Shown here in pieces: positions 1-8,594 of a stretch of 64,000 nt of DNA. The translations under genes and the position numbers were made by a program. The notes beneath the pieces were generated by a model. It did not search any database. It saw nothing but the letters and a program-made list of their open reading frames with translations, and was not told the DNA's origin. Position 1 is the stretch's first letter. Each line of letters starts with the position of its first letter. The stretch is from Candidatus Magasanikiibacteriota bacterium (lineage in GTDB: Bacteria > Patescibacteriota > Patescibacteriia > Magasanikbacterales > UBA922): NCBI GenBank assembly GCA_021648085.1, contig JAKITS010000001.1:196948-260947 (forward strand), in the 5' to 3' direction.

Positions 1-148
1 CTTTGCCGATCATTACTTTCAATCCGGCACGAACTTTTTTTCCTTTGTTTATGAAGTATGGGCAAGAAATTTTAAGGCCTGAAATTTCCAATTCTTTGAA
101 TCCGGCGATTACGCCGAGAGCTTTTTTCGATAGGCTTTTTGTATTCAT
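1..148 (-). CDS. hypothetical protein, N-terminal part (runs off window edge)
   Basis: ATG at 148 opens MNTKSLSKKALGVIAGF...PYFINK..., 5 bp downstream of the ATP-grasp gene stop. Confidence 0.6.
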   Translation of the reverse strand, partial: MNTKSLSKKALGVIAGFKELEISGLKISCPYFINKGKKVRAGLKVMIGK

Positions 149-153
149 ATAAT

Positions 154-1350
154 TTAGGTTGATATAATATTTTTTATTTTTTCACCAAGTTCGTTTAATT
201 TGTTTGGTGCAGAAATTAAGGATTCATTACTTTGAATTCTTAGTAAATCGCTTTCCATTTTTTCATTTTCGTATTGAATTACAGTAAAATTTTCTGCACA
301 AAGTTTTTTGGCTAATTCTGTTATGTTTGTTTCACTTTGTTTTCGCAATATAATTTGTGCGCCATTTTCAATTTGTTTAACTTTTGAATTTGTTTCTAAA
401 TCCAAAAGTCCAACCAAATGAGCATCAAAAGTTGTGATTTCTTCTTTTGAATGTGGAGTTTGCAGAGTTGATTCAAAAGTTGTGGAAGCTGGTTGGCGAG
501 CATTTATTTCTATTAAATACATTTTTCCTGTTTCTTTTTCCAAAATAACATCTATTCCAAACAATCCACTCCAACCGTCTTTTTGTAGTTTTTCACCAAC
601 TTCTTTTGCAATTTTAAAAAAATCTGTTTTCTGTTCTTCGTTTAAAAATGTATTTGCAAAACCCCAATCATTTCCAATTGTTGCAAATTTTTGTTTTGTG
701 AAAGACGCAAGCCCTGTAATTTGATAGCTGATATTTCCAAACAAAATTCCATTTTTGGTTACAGAATTATTGTTTGTAAAAAGTGAACCATCTATGTATT
801 TTGTAATTCGAGCTTCTCTTTTTGGAAATTTTTCTTTTATTTCAATTAATTGTTTTGCAGATTCTACCAAAATAGTTCCAGATCCTGTGTGACTTCTGTT
901 AAATTGCAGTATAAAATTTTCTTCATTCCACTTTAAATCTCCACAAAGTTCTATTTTGTGTTTTGGTAAAAATTTACTAAGATCACCAAGCCATTCCACT
1001 TGAGAAATTTTTTGTTCAACTCTATTTACCAATTCTGCTGGTGGATTCAACAAAGTCCAGTTTTTTTCTGTACAAATTCTTTCTATTTGAATTGTATTTT
1101 TGAAAACCAAAATCTGTGGATTTGAGAATTTATTTACAAACTCCACAACTTCAGGATTTTGCAAAAGCTCATAAGTATCCAAAATCTTTTCATTTTTTAT
1201 TAACAAAACATTTTCTCTGTCTTCCTTTGTTTTTGTTGCAAAATTACTATCATTTGAGATAATATAGTAGTTGGTAGTATTTATATCAAAACCAAGAGCG
1301 CGCTCAATATCGCGACTCACATAAACTATTGGGTTGGTTAGTTCTATCAT
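154..1350 (-). CDS. ATP-grasp domain protein
   Basis: HTGSGT loop, GLFGIDVI...YLIEINAR ATP-grasp motif; likely start M12 of the track ORF. Confidence 0.75.
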   Translation of the reverse strand: MIELTNPIVYVSRDIERALGFDINTTNYYIISNDSNFATKTKEDRENVLLIKNEKILDTYELLQNPEVVEFVNKFSNPQILVFKNTIQIERICTEKNWTLLNPPAELVNRVEQKISQVEWLGDLSKFLPKHKIELCGDLKWNEENFILQFNRSHTGSGTILVESAKQLIEIKEKFPKREARITKYIDGSLFTNNNSVTKNGILFGNISYQITGLASFTKQKFATIGNDWGFANTFLNEEQKTDFFKIAKEVGEKLQKDGWSGLFGIDVILEKETGKMYLIEINARQPASTTFESTLQTPHSKEEITTFDAHLVGLLDLETNSKVKQIENGAQIILRKQSETNITELAKKLCAENFTVIQYENEKMESDLLRIQSNESLISAPNKLNELGEKIKNIIST

Positions 1351-1410
1351 AATTAAAATATTGTATGATGTGTAAGTATACACTAAAATTAAACTTTTGA
1401 AAAGTATCCT

Positions 1411-2361
1411 ATGGATTTATTTTACAACGAATTGAAGAATTTTGGAAAGGTTCGTGCAAACGAACCTATGAGTAAGCATACAACTTACAAGATTGGTGGG
1501 TCTACAAAATATTTTGTGGAAGTAGGGAAAATGCAAAATTTTGTGGATTTATTGAAATTTTTAGAAGGATCTGGGAAAGATTATTTTATTTTGGGTGGAG
1601 GAAGTAATATTTTGGTTTCAGACGAGGGATACGATGGTGTGGTGGTAAAAGTAAAAGTTTGTGAAATAAATGTGGATGGGAATTTACTGACGGCGAGTGC
1701 AGGTTGCGCCACAGTTGATGTTGCTAGAAAATCTATGGAGGTAGGATTGACTGGTTTTGAATGGGGAGTTGGAATTCCTGGGACAATTGGTGGGGCAGTC
1801 CGTGGAAATGCTGGAGCAATGGGAGGGGAAGTAAAAGATTTTGTAAAAGAAGTTGAAATTTATAAGGATGGTGAAGTAATAAAAATAACAAACAAAGAGT
1901 CTGGGTTTGGATATCGCGACAGCAGATTTAAAACAAGTAATGAGGTGGTTTTGAAAGTAGTTTTGGAATTGGAAAAAGGAGAAGCAAAAGAGGGTATGAA
2001 GCAAGCTATAAAAAATATTCAACAAAGAAATCTGTCTCAACCACAAGGTTTTTCTTCTAGTGGTTGTATTTTCAAAAATTATGAAATAAAAAATGAAGAA
2101 GAAAAAGAAGAATTGAAAAAGAAAGGGGTACTACAAGAGTTTTTGGATAAAAATTTGGTTCCAGTTGGTTGGCTGGTAGAAAGTTTGGGAATAAAAGGTT
2201 TGAAAAGTGGAAATGCGCAAATTAGTGAAAAACATTGTAACTTTATATTGAATTTGGGCGGAGCTACAGCTAGTGATATTCTAGTTTTAATTGAAAAAAT
2301 AAAGGCTGGGGTGTACGATAAATATAGTATAAATATTGAAGAAGAAATAAGAATTTTGTAA
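1411..2361 (+). CDS. murB: UDP-N-acetylenolpyruvoylglucosamine reductase
   Basis: HTTYKIGG, LGGGSNILV, GIPGTIGGAVRGNAGA, SSGCIFKN, KHCNFI motifs. Confidence 0.95.
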   Translation: MDLFYNELKNFGKVRANEPMSKHTTYKIGGSTKYFVEVGKMQNFVDLLKFLEGSGKDYFILGGGSNILVSDEGYDGVVVKVKVCEINVDGNLLTASAGCATVDVARKSMEVGLTGFEWGVGIPGTIGGAVRGNAGAMGGEVKDFVKEVEIYKDGEVIKITNKESGFGYRDSRFKTSNEVVLKVVLELEKGEAKEGMKQAIKNIQQRNLSQPQGFSSSGCIFKNYEIKNEEEKEELKKKGVLQEFLDKNLVPVGWLVESLGIKGLKSGNAQISEKHCNFILNLGGATASDILVLIEKIKAGVYDKYSINIEEEIRIL

Positions 2362-2378
2362 AATTCTTATTTCCTTTC

Positions 2379-2535
2379 TGTCATTTCGAACAAAGTGAGA
2401 CCTGCACGCTGGCAGTCGGGAATCCCTTAAACATTGATTCAAACACATTTTTTTAACGATAACATTAAAACTTTCTCATTTTATCTTTTGACACCAAAAG
2501 TGCCGAACGGTTGACAGTTTATGGCTTAATTTATT
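2379..2535 (+). repeat. truncated copy 1 of ~300-bp structured intergenic element
   Basis: shares TGTCATTT..AATCCCTTAAACATTGATT..CTTTTGACACCAA..AAGTGCCGAACGGTTGA..GGCTTAATTT with 11711 and 33022. Confidence 0.85.
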
Positions 2536-2549
2536 TTTAATTAATTTTT

Positions 2550-2900
2550 ATGAATATAAATATAACTGCAAGAGGAATAGATTTGACTGAAACTATAAAA
2601 CAATACACAACAGAAAAAATGGAAATGCTTCAGAAATATTTTGAGAATATCCAGCAAATTGATGTGGAAATAGGGAAGAAATCGAACCATCATAATAAAG
2701 GAAAGATTTTTTATTCAAAGATCAATGTATTTGTACCAAACTCAACAATAAGAATGGAAAAAGATGCCGAGAGTTTGTACAAATCAATTGATAAAGCAAA
2801 AGATCATTTGAAAGTTGAATTGGAAAAAATGAAAGAAAAACGAAGACATATTGATAGACTGGAAATTAGAGAAAGTAAAGAATATTATTTGGAAGATTAA
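2550..2900 (+). CDS. hpf: ribosome hibernation promoting factor (HPF/RaiA, short form)
   Basis: MNINITARGIDLTETIKQY...LYKSIDKAKDHL S30AE pattern. Confidence 0.9.
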   Translation: MNINITARGIDLTETIKQYTTEKMEMLQKYFENIQQIDVEIGKKSNHHNKGKIFYSKINVFVPNSTIRMEKDAESLYKSIDKAKDHLKVELEKMKEKRRHIDRLEIRESKEYYLED

Positions 2901-2916
2901 AATAGAAAGTTAAAAT

Positions 2917-2948
2917 AAAAAACCCACACTAACTAAAGTGTGGGTTTT
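2917..2948. terminator. bidirectional intrinsic terminator
   Basis: AAAAAACCCACACT-AACTAA-AGTGTGGGTTTT between convergent genes. Confidence 0.75.
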
Positions 2949-2951
2949 GGT

Positions 2952-3635
2952 TTATGGCCAGATTTTGTATTTTCGAATTATTTTTTTAAGATCTTCTATT
3001 GTGTGTGTTCTACAGCTATATTGTTCTGCTTGGCCTGTTAAGCGTTGAAATTCATATACATTTTCAAAAAGATCATCTATAAATAGAATATCTTGAATAC
3101 CTCTAGACTTTTCTTTAGGTGTATACATTTGTAGCGTCTGGAGGGCTATTCTATACAAGGCACTGTCTGGTTTTCTGATGCCCAATTTAAAGGATAAAAT
3201 TCTATTTTGACTTGGAAATCTATCTATTAAATAGGGGAATTTTCTACTTAAGGCAGACCAGTGAAGTTCACATATATTTGAAATCATAAAAATAGGAACT
3301 TTTTTTTCTATTAAATCATCAAGAATTTCTAAAATACCTTCATTTAAGAAAAATGATGTTGTTGATATTTCAAGTAATTCTTCAGCCTCAAACTTTTCAT
3401 CTTTAATTCCTAAAGCATATTTCAATGAATTCACAAAATCTTTAGTATTTAAATATCCCAATTCATAGCTATTCCATAAATTAACAGCTTTAATACACCC
3501 AAAAATCCTTTGATAAATTTGTGTAGCTGCAAGTTCATTACAATGCGGAACCATATTTTGGCAAAACACAAAATGTTCAAAATCAATAAGTACACGACCA
3601 ATATCAAATGCAACTGCGCGAATTGGATAAGTCAT
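2952..3635 (-). CDS. HAD-superfamily hydrolase (YihX-like)
   Basis: AFDIGRV motif I, ISN, KPD, FIDD; start moved to M56 (AAGGAG SD upstream). Confidence 0.85.
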   Translation of the reverse strand: MTYPIRAVAFDIGRVLIDFEHFVFCQNMVPHCNELAATQIYQRIFGCIKAVNLWNSYELGYLNTKDFVNSLKYALGIKDEKFEAEELLEISTTSFFLNEGILEILDDLIEKKVPIFMISNICELHWSALSRKFPYLIDRFPSQNRILSFKLGIRKPDSALYRIALQTLQMYTPKEKSRGIQDILFIDDLFENVYEFQRLTGQAEQYSCRTHTIEDLKKIIRKYKIWP

Positions 3636-3702
3636 TCTTTTCTCCTTGTGTAAGTTTTTAAAGATCAATAGAGTTATACCATTTTTAATATTTTTTGTAA
3701 AT

Positions 3703-3734
3703 AAAAAACCCACACTAATAAAAGTATGGGTTTT
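3703..3734 (-). terminator. intrinsic terminator, near-duplicate of 2917-2948
   Basis: AAAAAACCCACACTAATAAAGTATGGGTTTT. Confidence 0.7.
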
Positions 3735-3739
3735 AGTTT

Positions 3740-4405
3740 TTATAAAAGACCGATATTTCCCAATTTTGTCCACAAATGAACTATATAATGTTTTGAACAA
3801 TCATATTGAATCGCAACCCCACCCATTTTTCTGAATTGTTCAACATTTTCTGTGTTGTCATCCACAAGAACTATATTTTCTATTGCAACACCTAGTTTTT
3901 TACAGGTGCTGGTAAAAATAGCAGGATCAGGTTTCATTAGTCCAACTTTGTGAGACATAAAAATATTTTCAGGAGAAAAGAACTCTCCCAAACGCGGCAT
4001 AAGTTTTTGCCCGCTTTCTCTATATAAAGAAGCATTATTTGAAATAATAGCTCTTTTAACTTTTGGATTTATTTCTGCAAAAGTTTCAATTAGCTCCCAA
4101 ATTTCTGGATTTTCAGAACCGCTAGAAGTTAAAGCTTGTTTTAATTCTTCATGACTTATATTTTGTCCTGAAACATTAAGCAAACTGAGAATTTCATTAC
4201 AAAATTTTTCTAAATTTATCTTACCCATTTGTGATTGTCGCCAAATTTTTCTTGCTGTAGGATTTTTAAAAAAAGTTTTTACAACCTCTTCCACACTTAA
4301 ACCTGTAAGTTCTGCCATGGCTTTATTTGTTTTCTGAAAAGAAGTCGCTAGTAAAACATTTCCAATATCAAAAACAATAGCATAAACTTGAGATTGCATT
4401 TCCAT
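3740..4405 (-). CDS. HAD-superfamily hydrolase (YihX-like), paralogue of neighbour
   Basis: VFDIGNV, ISN, KPD, LVDD motifs; C-end QYDCSKH resembles QYSCRTH of neighbour. Confidence 0.85.
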   Translation of the reverse strand: MEMQSQVYAIVFDIGNVLLATSFQKTNKAMAELTGLSVEEVVKTFFKNPTARKIWRQSQMGKINLEKFCNEILSLLNVSGQNISHEELKQALTSSGSENPEIWELIETFAEINPKVKRAIISNNASLYRESGQKLMPRLGEFFSPENIFMSHKVGLMKPDPAIFTSTCKKLGVAIENIVLVDDNTENVEQFRKMGGVAIQYDCSKHYIVHLWTKLGNIGLL

Positions 4406-4426
4406 TTTCTACTTCTCCGTTTGTGA

Positions 4427-4474
4427 GTTGTCAAAGAGCATTAAATTTATATCACTTTCTATGTTCTTTGTCAA
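4427..4474 (-). promoter_or_regulatory. sigma70 promoter followed by boxA-like element
   Basis: minus strand TTGACA-17-TATAAA then TGCTCTTTGACAAC. Confidence 0.6.
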
Positions 4475-4549
4475 TAAAAACTATAGACAAAAAAGTATGT
4501 TTATGCTACAATCTCCTAGTATAAGCAAGGCTTATTTAATAAAATTTTT

Positions 4550-7348
4550 ATGAGAAAGTTATTATCAAAATTGCTAGGAGATCAGAATAAAAAATATATA
4601 AAAGAGATTCAACCACTCGTGGATAAGGCAAATTCACTTGAAGATGAATACGAAAAATTGTCAGAAACTGATCTTAAAAGTAAAACAAAGGAGTTTAAAG
4701 CTAGATTGGAAAAAGGTGAAACTTTGGATGATATTTTGCCAGAAGCTTTTGCTGTTGTGCGTGAAGTTTCAAAGCGTACTACCAAAATGCGTCATTATGA
4801 TGTTCAGCTTATTGGTGGAATTTCTTTGCATCAAGGAAAAATTGCCGAGATGCGTACTGGTGAGGGAAAAACTTTGGTTGCAACTTTGCCAATATATTTG
4901 AATGCATTGGCAGGAAAGGGTGCTCATGTTGTGACAGTAAACGATTATTTGGCAAAGCGTGATGCGGTTTGGATGGCGCAAGTTTATGATTATTTGGGAA
5001 TGACTGTTGGAATTGTGCAAAATCAGCGCGTTAGTTTTATTTATGATTCAAATGGTAGACCAGAAGGAAGTGATGAAGATGGTGAAAGAGACGAAGCAGG
5101 TAGTTTTAAAGTAGAAGACGAATTCCTGCGTCCGTGTTCCAGAAAAGAAGCATACAGATGTGATATAACTTATGGAACAAACAATGAATATGGTTTTGAT
5201 TATTTGCGCGACAATATGGCGCAAAGCCTAGACGAAATGGTAATGCGTCCGGGAAACGAAATGCATTATTGCGTTATCGATGAGGTAGATTCAATTTTAA
5301 TCGATGAGGCTAGAACTCCGCTTATTATTTCTGCTCCTGCACAAGAAGCTGCACAACAATATTATCAGTTTGCAAATATAGCAAAAAGATTTAAAAAAGA
5401 AGAAGACTACGAAATAGACGAAAAATTGAATAGCGCTGTTTTGACAGCAGAAGGAATCAAAAAAGTTGAAGGTTGGCTGGGTGTGGATAACTTGTATGTT
5501 GAAGCTGGAATGAGAAAAATTCATCATTTGGAACAGGCTTTAAAAGCAGAAGTTTTGTTTATAAAAGACAAACAATATGTGGTTGAAGCTGACGGGAGTA
5601 TTGTGATTATTGATGAGTTTACAGGTAGAAAAATGCCAGGTCGCAGATATTCAGAAGGGTTGCATCAAGCAATTGAGGCAAAAGAGGGTTCTGCTATTCA
5701 GCGCGAAAGCCAGACTTTGGCGACTATTACATTTCAAAATCTATTTAGAATGTACAAAAAACTTTCTGGAATGACAGGTACTGCAAAAACAGAAGAAGAG
5801 GAATTTATAAAAATTTATTCGTTGGATGTAATTGTAATTCCAACGAATAGACCAGATCAAAGAAAAGACCATGTTGATGGAATTTATAAAACAGAAAAAG
5901 GTAAAAATATTTCGGTTTTGAGAAAAATTAAAGAATGCCAAGAAAGAGGTCAGCCAATTTTGGTTGGTACTATTTCTGTAGAAAAAAATGAAGAATTGAG
6001 TAGGTATTTGGATGAAAATGGAGTAAAACATGAAGTGTTGAATGCGAAAAACCATGAACGCGAGGGTGAAATAGTAGCGCAAGCTGGTAGAGTTGGTGCT
6101 GTGACGCTTGCTACAAACATGGCTGGTCGTGGAGTAGACATCAAGCTGGGTGGCGCGCCGTATGATAAAAATGAAGAGCAAAAGGTAAAAGATTTAGGTG
6201 GTTTGTTTGTACTGGGTACAGAGCGTCATGAATCTCGTAGAATAGACAACCAGCTTCGTGGTCGTTCTGCTCGTCAAGGTGATCCAGGAGAAACTCAATT
6301 TTATGTTTCAACTGGAGACGACTTAATGCGTATTTTTGCAGGGGACAGGCTGAAAACTGTTTTGGACAAAATGAAAGTCCCAGAAGATATGCCAATTGAG
6401 ACTAAAATCATTACAAAAATGTTGGAAGGTGCACAGAAAAAAGTGGAATCCCATCATTTTGATATTAGAAAACATGTTTTGCAGTATGATGATGTACTAA
6501 GTCGCCACAGAGGTGTAATATATGAAAAAAGAAGAGCAATTTTGGATTTGGAAAAAGGATTGGATGTTGTTGTTAATCCTAGTGAAAAATTGAGCACAAG
6601 CGACGATGTCTTTACTTCTTTTAGAGACTTAATTTTGTCTGATGTAGAGCAAGAAATTGAATATATAGTTTCTAAAAATACAAATGTGGAAGATATGGAT
6701 AAGTGGGATTTGCAAGGTATTTATAAAATAATGCATACTATTTTTTCTTTTACAAATAGTGAACGAGAAGAACTTCTTCATATGGGAAAAAGTGGGGATT
6801 CAAAACTGGAAGATGTAGAAGCAAGAGACAAAATAGTAAAATTCCTGATGAATAAGGCCGAGACAGAATACAATTCTTTGAAAGATAAATTTACAGAATA
6901 TTCTGGAGAAAAAGAAAAGGGTGAAAAAATGATGAAGCAGGTTGAAAAAGGAATACTTCTGCGTGCAATAGACACTCTTTGGGTAGAGCATTTGGTAAGT
7001 ATGAGTTATTTGCGTGGAAGCATAGGTTTGCAAGGTTATGGACAAAGAGATCCACTTGTGGAATACAAAAAAGAATCTTATTTTATGTTCAATCAACTTT
7101 TGGCAGATATTCAAAAAGAAGTTGTTTATGCTTTTTTCAAAGTAAGTATAGGGTTGAAAGTTGCGCCAACTGTAATGGCAAATGATAAAATTATATTGCA
7201 AGGCGCAAAAAAGAATAGTGGAGATACAGGAAAAAGAAGAATAAGACAAAAAGGAAAGGAACGAGATGAAAGCGGAAAAAAAGTTGGAAGAAATGATCCT
7301 TGTACTTGTGGAAGTGGAAAAAAGTATAAAAAATGTCACGGAGAGTAG
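4550..7348 (+). CDS. secA: preprotein translocase ATPase SecA
   Basis: MRTGEGKT, DEVDSILIDEARTPLIIS, C-terminal SEC-C GRNDPCTCGSGKKYKKCHG. Confidence 0.98.
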   Translation: MRKLLSKLLGDQNKKYIKEIQPLVDKANSLEDEYEKLSETDLKSKTKEFKARLEKGETLDDILPEAFAVVREVSKRTTKMRHYDVQLIGGISLHQGKIAEMRTGEGKTLVATLPIYLNALAGKGAHVVTVNDYLAKRDAVWMAQVYDYLGMTVGIVQNQRVSFIYDSNGRPEGSDEDGERDEAGSFKVEDEFLRPCSRKEAYRCDITYGTNNEYGFDYLRDNMAQSLDEMVMRPGNEMHYCVIDEVDSILIDEARTPLIISAPAQEAAQQYYQFANIAKRFKKEEDYEIDEKLNSAVLTAEGIKKVEGWLGVDNLYVEAGMRKIHHLEQALKAEVLFIKDKQYVVEADGSIVIIDEFTGRKMPGRRYSEGLHQAIEAKEGSAIQRESQTLATITFQNLFRMYKKLSGMTGTAKTEEEEFIKIYSLDVIVIPTNRPDQRKDHVDGIYKTEKGKNISVLRKIKECQERGQPILVGTISVEKNEELSRYLDENGVKHEVLNAKNHEREGEIVAQAGRVGAVTLATNMAGRGVDIKLGGAPYDKNEEQKVKDLGGLFVLGTERHESRRIDNQLRGRSARQGDPGETQFYVSTGDDLMRIFAGDRLKTVLDKMKVPEDMPIETKIITKMLEGAQKKVESHHFDIRKHVLQYDDVLSRHRGVIYEKRRAILDLEKGLDVVVNPSEKLSTSDDVFTSFRDLILSDVEQEIEYIVSKNTNVEDMDKWDLQGIYKIMHTIFSFTNSEREELLHMGKSGDSKLEDVEARDKIVKFLMNKAETEYNSLKDKFTEYSGEKEKGEKMMKQVEKGILLRAIDTLWVEHLVSMSYLRGSIGLQGYGQRDPLVEYKKESYFMFNQLLADIQKEVVYAFFKVSIGLKVAPTVMANDKIILQGAKKNSGDTGKRRIRQKGKERDESGKKVGRNDPCTCGSGKKYKKCHGE

Positions 7349-7614
7349 GAAAAGTAGATTAGCGATTAAGTAAGAAGATAAAAAGCCTCGCTTGTGGTAT
7401 TTTAAAATAATAAAAAAGTCTTATTACAGGTTTTTTTGTTTAATAAAAATATATAAATATTTTTGGAAACTATAGAAATAGATGGAAAAAAGGAAAAAAG
7501 TTTTAAATTTCTTGGTTAATTAGCTTGCAAGAATTAAGAAAAGAATGTAGTATAATAAATTGGCAGAATAGTTCTTTACAATTTTACAAACTCAATCCAA
7601 GGAAGGGAGGGGAA

Positions 7615-8244
7615 GTGAAAACCTATGCTAAATGTCAATCTTGCCAAAAAGAGTATTCAGCCAATGAATTGCAGTGTTATGGAGATAGGAATCTTTTAGT
7701 TTGCGAGAAATGCTTAAAAGATCCTTTAGCACATAACTTTTTGGAAGCAAGCAAAAAAGAAAGAATGGCGGAGGAAAAACGCTTGGCTGACATAAGAAGA
7801 GCTCATACAGACAAGTTTATAAATAAAGCTATTCAAAACGGTGGTGTTGTAAAGAAGAGGGGTAAAAAGAGTAAAAGACAAAAGAAAAAGTCAAAAACAC
7901 TCAAAGCAAAAAATAACAATCCTGAAGATAGTGATTACAACGACGATCAACTTATGAGACTTTTCAGTTGTCCTGCAATTCGAGAATCGATTGAATATTT
8001 TTTAGGGCAAAGACAGCATAGAATAGATAGAGTTTTTGCTATTCTTGATAATGTTGGGACTATGCATATTAGTGGTAATTTTTTAGGACAAAATTATCTA
8101 AAATTAGAAAATAAACCTTCTGGAGTTTTGAATATTCCTTTTGTGATATATCATATTATTACCACATTAGACAGTTCGGATGCTAGAGAAGTTTTTGGTT
8201 CAAAAAGATATAATGAATTGTGTAATCAATTTGAGATTAGATAG
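7615..8244 (+). CDS. hypothetical protein with N-terminal CxxC...CxxC Zn finger and basic patch
   Basis: GTG start after GGAGG SD; CQSC...CEKC. Confidence 0.6.
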   Translation: MKTYAKCQSCQKEYSANELQCYGDRNLLVCEKCLKDPLAHNFLEASKKERMAEEKRLADIRRAHTDKFINKAIQNGGVVKKRGKKSKRQKKKSKTLKAKNNNPEDSDYNDDQLMRLFSCPAIRESIEYFLGQRQHRIDRVFAILDNVGTMHISGNFLGQNYLKLENKPSGVLNIPFVIYHIITTLDSSDAREVFGSKRYNELCNQFEIR

Positions 8245-8256
8245 TTTGTAAAATTC

Positions 8257-8286
8257 AAAGAGGTGATTTATTTCACCTCTTTTTTT
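8257..8286 (+). terminator. intrinsic terminator
   Basis: AAAGAGGTGA-TTTATT-TCACCTCTTTTTTT. Confidence 0.75.
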
Positions 8287-8379
8287 GTTTATTTTGTTGT
8301 AAATTTGCATTTTATATGAATTTCTGATAAAAAAGATGTTAGATTGTTTTAAAAACAATCTTTTATTAACAATTTTATA

Positions 8380-8408
8380 TTGACTTGCTACGAGGGGTGG
8401 TATATAAT
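8380..8408 (+). promoter_or_regulatory. sigma70 promoter upstream of secD leader
   Basis: TTGACT-17-TATAAT. Confidence 0.6.
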
Positions 8409-8409
8409 A

Positions 8410-8568
8410 GGAACCGCTAATAAATATTGTGCCGTTGCGAGAGTTTTAAATTTTGAGCGAGACGAAAAGAAAAAATCTTTGAACTATAATAATAGTGGAA
8501 ATATTTTTTCTTAAAGTCGCAGTCAAAATTTAGAATTTTCGGTAGGTGATATATTTATGAGTGGTTTC
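8410..8568 (+). other. ~160-nt rod-like hairpin (candidate leader or ncRNA)
   Basis: GAACCGCT/AGTGGTTT, ATAAATAT/ATATTTAT, CGAGAGTTTTAAATTTTGA/TCAAAATTTAGAATTTTCG, AAGAAAAAAT/ATTTTTTCTT, ACTAT/ATAGT. Confidence 0.6.
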
Positions 8569-8594
8569 GACTCACATAATTGATAATCTTATTT

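Noticed and set aside
4638-7339. Many short overlapping or antisense ORFs in the track (here and throughout)
   Set aside because: Shadows of well-supported genes with no motifs
8410-8568. 6S or SRP RNA call
   Set aside because: No central bubble and no SRP helix-8 motif visible; left as an unnamed hairpin
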